64,000 nt of DNA from an uncultured Gammaproteobacteria bacterium. GTDB lineage: Bacteria > Patescibacteriota > Microgenomatia > CAZETR01 > Amesbacteraceae. Positions 19,251 to 27,823 of the stretch are shown one piece after another. How positions within the stretch are numbered: position 1 is the first letter of the stretch; each line of letters opens with the position of its first letter. The DNA is taken from the NCBI GenBank assembly GCA_964356225.1, contig CAYHGA010000001.1:29573-93572 (forward strand), given 5' to 3'. Below the pieces are notes generated by a model. It did not search any database, had not been told where the DNA came from, and saw only the letters and a program-made list of their open reading frames with translations. Made by a program: the position numbers and the translations under genes.

Positions 19251-19937
19251 TCAAAACAAGCTAGGTTGACTGGGGGTATTATCCTCTATTTTTGGTTGAG
19301 GCGCCAGCAGGTTTTTTAACTTGGCAAAGTCTTCTTTAAATGCGTTCATCATGGCGGTGCCGCGTAAAGCCGCCGCCGGATGATACATGGGGAATATAAT
19401 TAGTTTATAGTTCATTGTTGATAGTTCGTAGAAACGCGCTTGGCCGTGGATTTGGGAAATAGTCGCGCCAGGGATAAATTTGGCCATACTGAAGCGACCT
19501 AAAGTGACAATAATTTTGGGAGAAATGATTTTTATCTGGCGGTCCAGCCAGTCGGCACAAGCGGCAATTTCGGAATCATTCGGGTCGCGATTATCCGGAG
19601 GCCTAAATTTGACAATATTAGTAATAAATACTTCTTCCGGTTTGATGCCGGTAGTTTCGAATAAAGTTTTGCGCATAAGTTGTCCGGATTGGCCTACAAA
19701 AGGCCGACCGGTTGCGTCTTCCACCTGGCCCGGAGCTTCGCCGATAAACATGATCTTTGCGTCGGGGTCACCTTCGCCTGGTACGGCATGGGTGGCATTT
19801 TTGGCAATATCCAAACCCTTAAAATTTCTAATTTCATCGGCAATTTTTTGCAGTTCTGTCTTTTTTTCATCTGTGGTCATATTTCTTTCCAAATTTTTTC
19901 TAATCTTTCTTTCACAGAAATATATGAGATAGGCCAA
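19251..19937 (-). CDS. Uracil-DNA glycosylase, family 4
   Basis: GEAPGQVEDATGRPFVGQSGQLM is the family-4 UDG motif. The true start is probably MTTDEKK at about 19880, directly after the upstream stop. Confidence 0.8.
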   Translation of the reverse strand: MAYLIYFCERKIRKNLERNMTTDEKKTELQKIADEIRNFKGLDIAKNATHAVPGEGDPDAKIMFIGEAPGQVEDATGRPFVGQSGQLMRKTLFETTGIKPEEVFITNIVKFRPPDNRDPNDSEIAACADWLDRQIKIISPKIIVTLGRFSMAKFIPGATISQIHGQARFYELSTMNYKLIIFPMYHPAAALRGTAMMNAFKEDFAKLKNLLAPQPKIEDNTPSQPSLF

Positions 19938-20299
19938 AGATAAAGCCAGCCGGAAAGGTGTTTGGCGCTGTTATTTATGTCCCAGGTTAATTTTTTTGAT
20001 TTGATGAATTTCATGCTCGCTTTGATGGCGATTAGCTCCTCGGCAACCCTAAACCCTGGATCAAAAAAATATTTTAAGGCGAATTTAAGAACACCGGCCT
20101 TTTTGATTCTTTTGATGTGGGTTTGTTCGTGAATTAGATGAGCGATATTTAACGAGTCGGGGCTAGTTTTTTGCAAATCTTTGTGTATGTTCTTTGGGAA
20201 ATAAATATTGGGGTACAGGGCCGTGGCAGTTTGATCAGATATCCATGGAATAAGATTCCAATATTTAGATTTTAATTTGACATTTGAATCGAGTTTCAT
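19877..20299 (-). CDS. Putative zinc metallopeptidase (HExxH protein)
   Basis: Single HEQTH motif in a 140-aa protein. No other family features are recognisable. Confidence 0.35.
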   Translation of the reverse strand: MKLDSNVKLKSKYWNLIPWISDQTATALYPNIYFPKNIHKDLQKTSPDSLNIAHLIHEQTHIKRIKKAGVLKFALKYFFDPGFRVAEELIAIKASMKFIKSKKLTWDINNSAKHLSGWLYLWPISYISVKERLEKIWKEI

Positions 20300-20330
20300 A
20301 TTAATTATAAAAAATAAAAAACTTAACCTT

Positions 20331-20750
20331 TCATGTTAATGGGTCAACAATTTTAATATCTCTCATAGGGAAATGCCTGGTATTGCAAGTAATGAGGGCT
20401 ATTTTTTTTATCCTGCAAGTCGCAGCGATCAAATAATCTATCAAATTACTATTAACACTTCGGTATCTATGCCAATATTCTCCCGCTAGTTTGGCTATCG
20501 TAAAATCTATGGGGATCTGATTATGCCACTTGAAAAAATGCCGGTTTGATGGTTCTTCTTCGGGAAAAGAATTTTTGTAAATTTCGCTAACGGTTAAAAC
20601 AGAAATAACTACGGACTGGTCATTCACTATTTTTGAAACGGCTTCAATTATCTTTTTATTTCCTCTGATTATCCAAATTGAAACATCTGAATCAAGCAAA
20701 AATCTACTTTTTGCTTTTGGTTTTGGCATAGGGAATATATGAGTAATCAC
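20331..20750 (-). CDS. vapC: PIN-domain toxin VapC
   Basis: LLDSDVSIWIIRG and the downstream acidic residues fit a PIN fold. The ORF overlaps the vapB stop. Confidence 0.7.
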   Translation of the reverse strand: MITHIFPMPKPKAKSRFLLDSDVSIWIIRGNKKIIEAVSKIVNDQSVVISVLTVSEIYKNSFPEEEPSNRHFFKWHNQIPIDFTIAKLAGEYWHRYRSVNSNLIDYLIAATCRIKKIALITCNTRHFPMRDIKIVDPLT

Positions 20751-21015
20751 GATTAGCCGCAGCCCGACCTTTGTTTACCCAATTTACAATATTTTCTATA
20801 TTTTCCCATCCGGGCCTACTTCTTATACCCAACACGCCGGTAAATTTTCTCAACGCGTCTGCGTAGGAAGTCTTTTTTCTTCCCAATTTCAACTGTTTGC
20901 TAACAGCCATGGCCACAAAACGACTTCTTTGTCTAGTGGATACCCGATCTTTTAAATCCAAATATAAATCCCAAGGTAATGTAAAATTTACTCTGGTCAT
21001 TGTTTGCATATACAC
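20704..21015 (-). CDS. vapB: Ribbon-helix-helix antitoxin VapB
   Basis: TRVNFTLPWDLYLDLKDRV...RSRFVAMAV reads as an RHH/CopG-like N-terminus. Confidence 0.6.
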   Translation of the reverse strand: MYMQTMTRVNFTLPWDLYLDLKDRVSTRQRSRFVAMAVSKQLKLGRKKTSYADALRKFTGVLGIRSRPGWENIENIVNWVNKGRAAANRDYSYIPYAKTKSKK

Positions 21016-21042
21016 ACTTTATATACCATCTCTACACACTTG

Positions 21043-22023
21043 TCAATAAGTGGGCAGGAATTGTTTGAGATTATCGGCTGTAATGTAAAATTCCTTGCCT
21101 TTGCCTTCAACTATGAGTTTGGCGGTTTTTCTAACGATACCCTGAATCGTGCGCTCCAGAGTTCTAATGCCGGCGTCAAAACCTAAGGGGCGGACGATTT
21201 GGGGCCAGACGGCATCGTCAATTTTGAGAGCTGTTTCAGGAAGAGACGCGTTTTTAATTTCGATAGGCAAGACATAATTGCGGGCGATTTTGATTTTTTC
21301 CTCGTCGTTGTAAGACGGCATGGTCAGAGGCTCGAGGCGATCCATAACGGCCGTGGAAATATTAGTGGTGTTGTTGCAGGTAGCAATGAATAAAACCTGG
21401 GAAAGATCGAACGGATAATCGATGTAATGATCGGTAAAACCAGCGTTTTGTTCAGGGTCGAGAAGCTCGACTAAAACTCCCATAATTTCGGATCTGGTGG
21501 ATTCGGCTACCCGGTCGATTTCATCAAGTAGAATGACCGGATTTTTGGCTCCGGCCCGGCGGATATTTTTGATGATCTGACCCGGCTCGGCGTCGGGATA
21601 AGTGCGGGATTGACCACGCAATTCTAGAGCTGAGCCCATGCCGCCAAAAGGAATACGCACAAATTTGCGGCCCATGGCCTCGGCAATTGATTTGGCGAGA
21701 GTTGTTTTGCCGGTACCGACCAAGCCGACTAATAATAAAATCGGGGCATGGTAGATGAGGCTTTTTTGCTGATTTAAAATGAGAACGGAGAGATATTCTA
21801 AAATGCGCTGTTTCAAATCTTCTAATCCGTAATGATGCTGGTCAAGAATTTGCTTAGCGTGACCTAAATCCAGGATATCTTTAGTGGTTTTGTCCCAAGG
21901 AAGAGAGGTGATCCAGTCTATGTAGTGAGTGGTTTGTTCGGGATTGGTACCACGAGTCAAGATTTCTTCGGCTCTGGCACGGAGATCATCGGGTAACGTG
22001 GCAGATTTTAATTTGTCATCCAT
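21043..22023 (-). CDS. Lon-like AAA+ ATPase with no peptidase domain
   Basis: Close match to the Lon AAA+ module (HYGLEDLKQRILEYLSV, Walker A GLVGTGKTTLAKSIA, LLDEID, sensor region). The protein ends at 326 aa with no Ser-Lys protease domain. Confidence 0.75.
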   Translation of the reverse strand: MDDKLKSATLPDDLRARAEEILTRGTNPEQTTHYIDWITSLPWDKTTKDILDLGHAKQILDQHHYGLEDLKQRILEYLSVLILNQQKSLIYHAPILLLVGLVGTGKTTLAKSIAEAMGRKFVRIPFGGMGSALELRGQSRTYPDAEPGQIIKNIRRAGAKNPVILLDEIDRVAESTRSEIMGVLVELLDPEQNAGFTDHYIDYPFDLSQVLFIATCNNTTNISTAVMDRLEPLTMPSYNDEEKIKIARNYVLPIEIKNASLPETALKIDDAVWPQIVRPLGFDAGIRTLERTIQGIVRKTAKLIVEGKGKEFYITADNLKQFLPTY

Positions 22024-22063
22024 TAGTTTAAGTATATCTCATGAGTGCCAATATTGTGGATCA

Positions 22064-22201
22064 ATACTTCGGAATGAGATGAGCTTGCCCGGGATCTTCG
22101 GCGAAGCCGTTTAGCTCTTCTATTATCTCTAAGCGTAGGCTCTTTTCCAGTTTACGAAAATTTTTTTCAAATTGGGGAGAATAGTAAAATTTCTTAATCA
22201 T
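22064..22201 (-). pseudogene. Truncated RelE/ParE-like toxin remnant (about 45 aa)
   Basis: Minus-strand ORF MIKKFYYSPQFEKNFRKLEKSLRLEIIEELNGFAEDPGQAHLIPKY* overlaps the Phd stop by 8 nt, as in a TA operon. It terminates before the conserved RelE C-terminal half. Confidence 0.4.
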
Positions 22202-22472
22202 CTAAAAACTCGGAAAAATCGGTGGTAGATTTGAGCTTGCCTGCTTTAAAATCCACTTCAGTCTGTTTAATACCCTGTAACAGCTTCTCGTCTTCCAGCT
22301 CTTGGATCCTGTCGAGAATTTTTTGCAGTTTTCCGACGTTTAGCATAGCCACTTCCGGCTTGTTATTACGCATTACAACCACTGGCTGGTTTCCAGATTT
22401 GGCCAGGTTTAAAATCCTGGCAGAATCCCGTTGCAAATCGGAAGCAGAAACAAGAGTAGGAAGTATGTTCAT
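22194..22472 (-). CDS. Phd/YefM-family antitoxin
   Basis: A 92-aa protein with the typical Phd/YefM N-terminus (SASDLQRDSARILNLAKSGNQPVVV). Confidence 0.7.
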   Translation of the reverse strand: MNILPTLVSASDLQRDSARILNLAKSGNQPVVVMRNNKPEVAMLNVGKLQKILDRIQELEDEKLLQGIKQTEVDFKAGKLKSTTDFSEFLDD

Positions 22473-22517
22473 ATATATATATTATCTTATGTATTAAACT
22501 ATGTCAAGAAGTATATA

Positions 22518-24656
22518 TCAAAAGCGGCGGCGGTCGTCACGACGTTGGGGAGCACGGAAAGGGCCGCGGTCGTCTCTGCGTGGACCGAAGTCCCGACGTG
22601 GAGCACGCTCTTCGCGGGCTTTGACCAGAGGTTGGCCGGCGGCATCAAAAAGCATAGAGAGATTGATACGATTTTGGGAGTCAATTTCAGTGACCCAGAC
22701 TCTAACTTTATCGCCTTCGTGAACGACAGTGTTGGGATCAGAGACAAAACCCTGGGCCATTTGAGAAACGTGGACCAGGCCGTCTTTGCCGGGGAGGATG
22801 TTTACGAACGCGCCAAAAGGCTGGATGCGGGCCACGGTGCCTTCATAGACTTCTCCGGGTTTGGCTTCTTGGCCTAAAGAGCCAATCCAGCCAATGGCGG
22901 AGCTGACTCCATCTTGATCGGTGCCGGAAACGAAAACTGAACCATTGTCGTTGACGTCGATAGTGACATTGAAGTCAGCCATGAGTTTTTTGATGACCTT
23001 GCCGCCCGGGCCAATGAGCTCGCCGATTTTGTCTACGGGAATGGTGACGACATGAATCTTGGGGGCATATGGGGATAATTCTTTTCTAGGTTCGGGAATG
23101 GCTTTGAGCATAGTAGAGAGGATAGCCATGCGGGCAACCCGGGTCCGTTTGAAAGTTTCTTCACAAATTTCCAGAGAAATCCCTGGGATTTTAACGTCCA
23201 GCTGGATAGCGGTAACGCCTTTTTCCGTGCCGGCCACTTTGAAATCCATATCTCCATAATGATCTTCGCCGCCATTGATATCAGTGAGAAGAACGTATTT
23301 ATCTGCCTCTTGTATCAAACCTGTGGAAATTCCGGAGACGGGGGCCAAAAGCGGAACACCGGCATCCATGAGAGATAAAGTGGATCCACAGGTGCTGGCC
23401 ATAGAGGTGGAGCCATTGGAACTCATAATTTCAGAGACAACCCGAATAGCGTAAGGGAAATCAGTTTCAGTGGGAATAACCGGGGCCAGGGCCCTTTCGG
23501 CTAAAGCTCCATGACCTATTTCCCGGCGGCCGGGTGAGCCCATGCGGCCAGTTTCTCCGGTGGAAAACGGAGGAAAATTGTAGTGGTGCATGTAACGCTT
23601 GGTTTCCTCGCCTTCGGCGGATTCTAGAGATTGAGACAAAGAGGGAGCTCCCAGGGTGGTGACGGTTAGGGCTTGAGTTTCTCCACGCTGAAAAATAGCG
23701 GAGCCATGGACCCGGGGCAAGACTCCGACTTCGGCTGAGAGGGGGCGGATTTCATCCAGTTTACGGCCGTCGGCCCGCTTGCCGGCCAGAATATTTTTGC
23801 GGAAAGTTTGGGAGAATAATTCTTCGACAATTTCTTTGACTTCAGCCTGATCTTTGGAGTCAAAACTGGAAACAAGGGGTTCTATTTCAGTTTCATCTTT
23901 TAAGTCTTTGGCAGCTTTTTGGACAGCGGAAAGCAGTTCCGGATTATGATCTTTAGAGGGGACGGGGATTTTGGCGTGCCCAACTTCTTTAACCAGATCG
24001 TTAATGAGGGCGATAATTTTTTTGTTCTCTGCAAACCCGATTTTTAGAGCTTCTAAAACTGTTTCCTCCGGAACTTGGTTGGCGCCGGCTTCGATCATGG
24101 GGATGACAGATTCTGAACTGGCGATAACCAAGTCCAGGTCCGCACCGAAGCGGTTTCCATTTTCTGGATTAATCACTAATTTGCCGTCGATTAGGCCCAT
24201 ACGAACTGCGGCTACGGGGCCGTTCCAGGGAATGGGAGAGATGGCTAAAACGGCGGAGGTGGCAATGAGACCTAAAACGTCAGCGTCGTTGGCAGTATCC
24301 ACAGAGAGAACGGTAATAACTACCTGGGCTTCATTTTTAAGGTTTTTTGGGAAAAGCGGGCGGATGGAGCGGTCGATAAGCCGAGCCGATAGAACTTCGG
24401 CGTCGGTAGGACGACCTTCACGTTTGACCCAACGGGAACCTTTGATGCGGCCCCCGGCATATAAACGTTCCTGGTATTCGACAGACAAAGGAAAATAATC
24501 TTTTTTAAGGTCTTCTTTACCGAGGACCACTGTGGCCAAAAGTGTAGTGTCGCCGTAACGGGCAAAAACGGCCGATGTAGCCCGGGCGGCAAAACGGCCG
24601 ACTTCCAGGGTAAGCGTGCGTCCGGCTAATTCTAAAGTTTTACTGACTAATTTCAT
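22518..24656 (-). CDS. pnp: Polyribonucleotide nucleotidyltransferase (PNPase)
   Basis: Two RNase PH domains plus KH and S1 domains, followed by an Arg-rich tail. Confidence 0.93.
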   Translation of the reverse strand: MKLVSKTLELAGRTLTLEVGRFAARATSAVFARYGDTTLLATVVLGKEDLKKDYFPLSVEYQERLYAGGRIKGSRWVKREGRPTDAEVLSARLIDRSIRPLFPKNLKNEAQVVITVLSVDTANDADVLGLIATSAVLAISPIPWNGPVAAVRMGLIDGKLVINPENGNRFGADLDLVIASSESVIPMIEAGANQVPEETVLEALKIGFAENKKIIALINDLVKEVGHAKIPVPSKDHNPELLSAVQKAAKDLKDETEIEPLVSSFDSKDQAEVKEIVEELFSQTFRKNILAGKRADGRKLDEIRPLSAEVGVLPRVHGSAIFQRGETQALTVTTLGAPSLSQSLESAEGEETKRYMHHYNFPPFSTGETGRMGSPGRREIGHGALAERALAPVIPTETDFPYAIRVVSEIMSSNGSTSMASTCGSTLSLMDAGVPLLAPVSGISTGLIQEADKYVLLTDINGGEDHYGDMDFKVAGTEKGVTAIQLDVKIPGISLEICEETFKRTRVARMAILSTMLKAIPEPRKELSPYAPKIHVVTIPVDKIGELIGPGGKVIKKLMADFNVTIDVNDNGSVFVSGTDQDGVSSAIGWIGSLGQEAKPGEVYEGTVARIQPFGAFVNILPGKDGLVHVSQMAQGFVSDPNTVVHEGDKVRVWVTEIDSQNRINLSMLFDAAGQPLVKAREERAPRRDFGPRRDDRGPFRAPQRRDDRRRF

Positions 24657-24681
24657 GTACTCTTATTCAATCAAGAAGTCT

Positions 24682-24706
24682 GAAGAAGAGGGTCACTTCT
24701 CTTCGC
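24682..24706 (-). promoter_or_regulatory. rpsO–pnp intergenic stem-loop (rpsO terminator / pnp leader)
   Basis: GAAGAAGAGGGTCACTTCTCTTC hairpin lies between the rpsO stop and the pnp start. By analogy to E. coli this could be the RNase III-processed or terminator hairpin. Confidence 0.4.
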
Positions 24707-24720
24707 ACCTCTCGATTGAT

Positions 24721-24990
24721 TTATTTTGTTAAACCTAACTTTTTAACCAGGTCATTATACCTTTTAATATCTTTCCTCTGCAAGTAGAACAATAACCGGC
24801 GGCGTTTGTTGACCATGGATAAGAGGCCGCGGCGGGAATGCTCGTCCTTTTTGTGGGCCTGCAAATGTTCGGTAAGTTTACTGATTTTTTCAGTCAGCAG
24901 GGCGGCCTGGACTTCGGGAGAACCGGTGTCCCCTTTGCCCTGGGCAAATTTCTTGATGACGTCTACTTTTGATTTGGGATCTAGTGCCAT
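24721..24990 (-). CDS. rpsO: 30S ribosomal protein S15
   Basis: 89-aa full-length S15. Confidence 0.93.
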   Translation of the reverse strand: MALDPKSKVDVIKKFAQGKGDTGSPEVQAALLTEKISKLTEHLQAHKKDEHSRRGLLSMVNKRRRLLFYLQRKDIKRYNDLVKKLGLTK

Positions 24991-25271
24991 ATTTGCGAAT
25001 TTCTAATTGACCTAATTTCCAAAAACTAAATAATAAGAGATAGGGCGAGTGCGAGTCCGATGAACTTCGGACAAACCTCCGTTAATGTCTCTTAGTGCCT
25101 GCAGTATACCATACTGTCTATTCTATTCGGAAGGGGGATTTTGGGATGGAACGTAACACACCCACGGGTTCTGATTATCGTTGGTTGAATACGAATTTGT
25201 TATAGTATTTGTTACTTGACTCACCAACAATAAAACTGTTTAATTAACTCAACCAAATAAAACCCAAATTT

Positions 25272-26135
25272 ATGCTTCAACCAAGAACATCAAACGTTGT
25301 AAATTCGCAGTGCCGTCATAAAAAATACGGAATTGAACAGTTTCTTAATGAGGTGATAGAAGGTGACTGTCTAGATGTGATGGTCGGTATTCCTGATAAA
25401 TCAGTAGACATGATTCTTTGTGATCTCCCATACGGTACAACCCAGAACCAGTGGGATAGTGTTATTCCGTTGGATGAACTATGGGAGCAATACGAAAGAA
25501 TAATAAAAGATAAGGGAGTAATTGTGTTAACATCGCAGGGAATATTTACTGCAAAGCTAATTTTAAGCAACGAAAAGCTCTTCCGATATAAAATCGTTTG
25601 GGAAAAATCGAAACCAACGAACTTCCTAAACGCAAAAAAGCAACCATTGAGAGCCCATGAAGATATATGTATCTTTTACAAGAATCATAAAAACCAACCA
25701 ACATACAATCCGCAGATGAGTAGTGGGACTCCCTATAACAAAGGGACTAGAAAAAATCAACATAGCGGTAGCTACGGGAACTTTGACCCAGTAGTGGTCA
25801 AGAGTGATGGACAAAGGTATCCTCTCGACGTTGTTTACTTCAAAACCGCCGAAAGTGAAGGTCGTATATATCACCCCACTCAAAAACCTGTGGAGTTGGC
25901 TCGCTATCTAATAAGAACATATACAAACGAAGGAGATACTGTCTTAGATAACACTTGCGGAAGTGGGAGTTTTCTTGTTGCTGCCGTGCTTGAAAAAAGG
26001 TCTTTTATAGGTGTAGAAAAAAATGAAGAGACAATATTGCATAAAGAAAAGAAAATAGATCTTATAGAAGTCTGCAACGCGCGAATAAAAGAAGCTCAAA
26101 ATTCTATGGAAAGTATGTTGCCTATATTCCTTTAA
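25272..26135 (+). CDS. Beta-class N6-adenine/N4-cytosine DNA methyltransferase (Type II modification)
   Basis: Motif IV (CDLPYG) precedes motif I (DNTCGSGS), and HPTQKP is present. Confidence 0.8.
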   Translation: MLQPRTSNVVNSQCRHKKYGIEQFLNEVIEGDCLDVMVGIPDKSVDMILCDLPYGTTQNQWDSVIPLDELWEQYERIIKDKGVIVLTSQGIFTAKLILSNEKLFRYKIVWEKSKPTNFLNAKKQPLRAHEDICIFYKNHKNQPTYNPQMSSGTPYNKGTRKNQHSGSYGNFDPVVVKSDGQRYPLDVVYFKTAESEGRIYHPTQKPVELARYLIRTYTNEGDTVLDNTCGSGSFLVAAVLEKRSFIGVEKNEETILHKEKKIDLIEVCNARIKEAQNSMESMLPIFL

Positions 26136-27042
26136 AATCTTCCCTCGGTAAAATTTTTTGAACCTTTTCTAAAACTGTGTCATCTACTTTATTTTTCTCC
26201 TTTAACCACACAAGAACGTGGCGATATTGATTAGGATGTAGAAATGGCTTAATAACTGTCTCTACTTCGAGCTCTTTCCTAACATATTTCAAATGCTCTT
26301 CTTTAAGTAAACCTCTACCGATTAAATCGTAAATTATTCTAACGGCGTCAACAGAAGTTAGATTAAGACCTCCTAATCGTTTTTCGTCCTGACCTACGTC
26401 TTCCTTCGTTAATTCAAATAACTCTTCCACGGCACTGATCCCGTTGAGGTTTTTATTATAAAACTCTATCTCCTGTCCTCTGTACGGAAACCATCCAGAA
26501 ATACCCCGTTCAGTCAAAGATCCACGAGGGAGGTAAACCCCTTCCCTTTTCGCTCTTCCTTTAGAAACCCAACCACATACATAAAGCTTCCATTTTCTCT
26601 GCCTCGACGTGCCAGGCAACGTTCCAGGCTTGGGCCTTTCTAGATGAGTCATCAAGTAAATATCAGTATCTAGTCGGTTGTCAAATACCTGTCTTGCAAA
26701 GAGGTTGTGTTTTGCTTCTCTAGGGATTCCATCGCTACTTGTGTATTTCTCCAAAAAGGGCTTTTCTCCACCTCTGCACTTAACGTCAATCTTTATACCG
26801 TTTGGTGTAAATATGTCATAAGCAAGAGATTGATTTTTATCTTTTTCAACTTTCAACCCTAACTCTTTTCTTATTACCATTTCCGTTAACAACCCATATC
26901 CTTGCTGGTCTTCAGAACCCCGTTCTGCCCCAGACATATTCTTATTTTTCTGAAGGTGTTTATAGGCCTCATTTCTTAATTCAAAACCGCTACTACCAGA
27001 AAGGTCGATTGCGAAAGGTGTAGGCCAACGGTATTTGTACAT
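26122..27042 (-). CDS. Putative Type II restriction endonuclease (PD-(D/E)xK)
   Basis: Convergent with the methyltransferase with a 14-nt overlap. Candidate catalytic core is YDIFTPNGIKIDVKCRGG (D..(I)D-V-K). Confidence 0.5.
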   Translation of the reverse strand: MYKYRWPTPFAIDLSGSSGFELRNEAYKHLQKNKNMSGAERGSEDQQGYGLLTEMVIRKELGLKVEKDKNQSLAYDIFTPNGIKIDVKCRGGEKPFLEKYTSSDGIPREAKHNLFARQVFDNRLDTDIYLMTHLERPKPGTLPGTSRQRKWKLYVCGWVSKGRAKREGVYLPRGSLTERGISGWFPYRGQEIEFYNKNLNGISAVEELFELTKEDVGQDEKRLGGLNLTSVDAVRIIYDLIGRGLLKEEHLKYVRKELEVETVIKPFLHPNQYRHVLVWLKEKNKVDDTVLEKVQKILPREDFKGI

Positions 27043-27064
27043 TTGGTCTTTTTATTCTAACAGA

Positions 27065-27823
27065 TTACGAAACTGTGGTGCCGGAAAAGACTTTGGGAGT
27101 ATACCAGTCGGGTTGAGGTGGTTGGTCGTTAGTCATTGGCTGTTGGTCGCTGGCTGGAGGAGTGTAGACGTCGTGGCGGCGGGCACCGTGGCGCATGAGA
27201 GCGGCAGCAATTTCAAAAGTATCGGCGGTGACGTTGGTTGTAAAATTGGAGGTGGATTTTTCTATGCCGGCTAAAAGATTTGAGGCTGCGTCGTTGGAAA
27301 TGGGGAGTTTGAGGGTTTCAAGAAGACGAGCTGTTTCCTGTGAAGTGCTCAAAGAAAATTGCTTGGATTGGGCAAAAACTTCCGGAATTTCTGCGCCTCC
27401 AACTGGAATTATGAGATCGGCTTGAGCGCCTCCTGAAATGAAATTCAATTTACGGTGGTCAATGCCCGGAGTGTTGGGTTTGGGAGTGACCACCAGATTC
27501 AATTCTCCCCGATCGTCAATATGATAACTGACTTTATCGACAATTTCGGTTTGGCCGGGGAAAGTGATAACCAGATTGCGGCTGCCAAAATTGGAAATAA
27601 CCGTATCCGCCCCAACCAGACGATGAAATTCTACTGTCATGGAGTCGGGGCAGGTGACCAGGGCGGGTTTGCCAAATTGGTCTAAGGAAAGTTTGAGGGA
27701 GAGGGCGGCGGCCACAGCGTCTAATTCCGGATTTTTGGGGAGAAGAATGGCCACCGAATGAGCAGAATCCAGCAGGCTTTTGAATTGATTGGTATCAACT
27801 GGCGCCATGTATAGTGACGGCAA
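27065..27823 (-). CDS. DHH-family (NrnA-like) protein with degenerate catalytic motifs
   Basis: Pattern SVAILLPKNPELDAVAAALSLKL...GK parallels the NrnA N-terminus (IHRH.RPDPDAxGS), but His/Asp are replaced. The DHH position reads IDDR. Confidence 0.4.
   Translation of the reverse strand: MPSLYMAPVDTNQFKSLLDSAHSVAILLPKNPELDAVAAALSLKLSLDQFGKPALVTCPDSMTVEFHRLVGADTVISNFGSRNLVITFPGQTEIVDKVSYHIDDRGELNLVVTPKPNTPGIDHRKLNFISGGAQADLIIPVGGAEIPEVFAQSKQFSLSTSQETARLLETLKLPISNDAASNLLAGIEKSTSNFTTNVTADTFEIAAALMRHGARRHDVYTPPASDQQPMTNDQPPQPDWYTPKVFSGTTVS

Noticed and set aside
22431-24498. Plus-strand ORFs (148 aa, 175 aa) across pnp
   Set aside because: Antisense to PNPase. Arg/Ser-rich low-complexity products.
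25100-25271. Possible tRNA in the 280-bp spacer upstream of the methyltransferase
   Set aside because: No acceptor-stem or T-arm (GTTCRANYC) pattern could be built. Only promoter-like hexamers (TTGACT-N17-TTTAAT) were seen.
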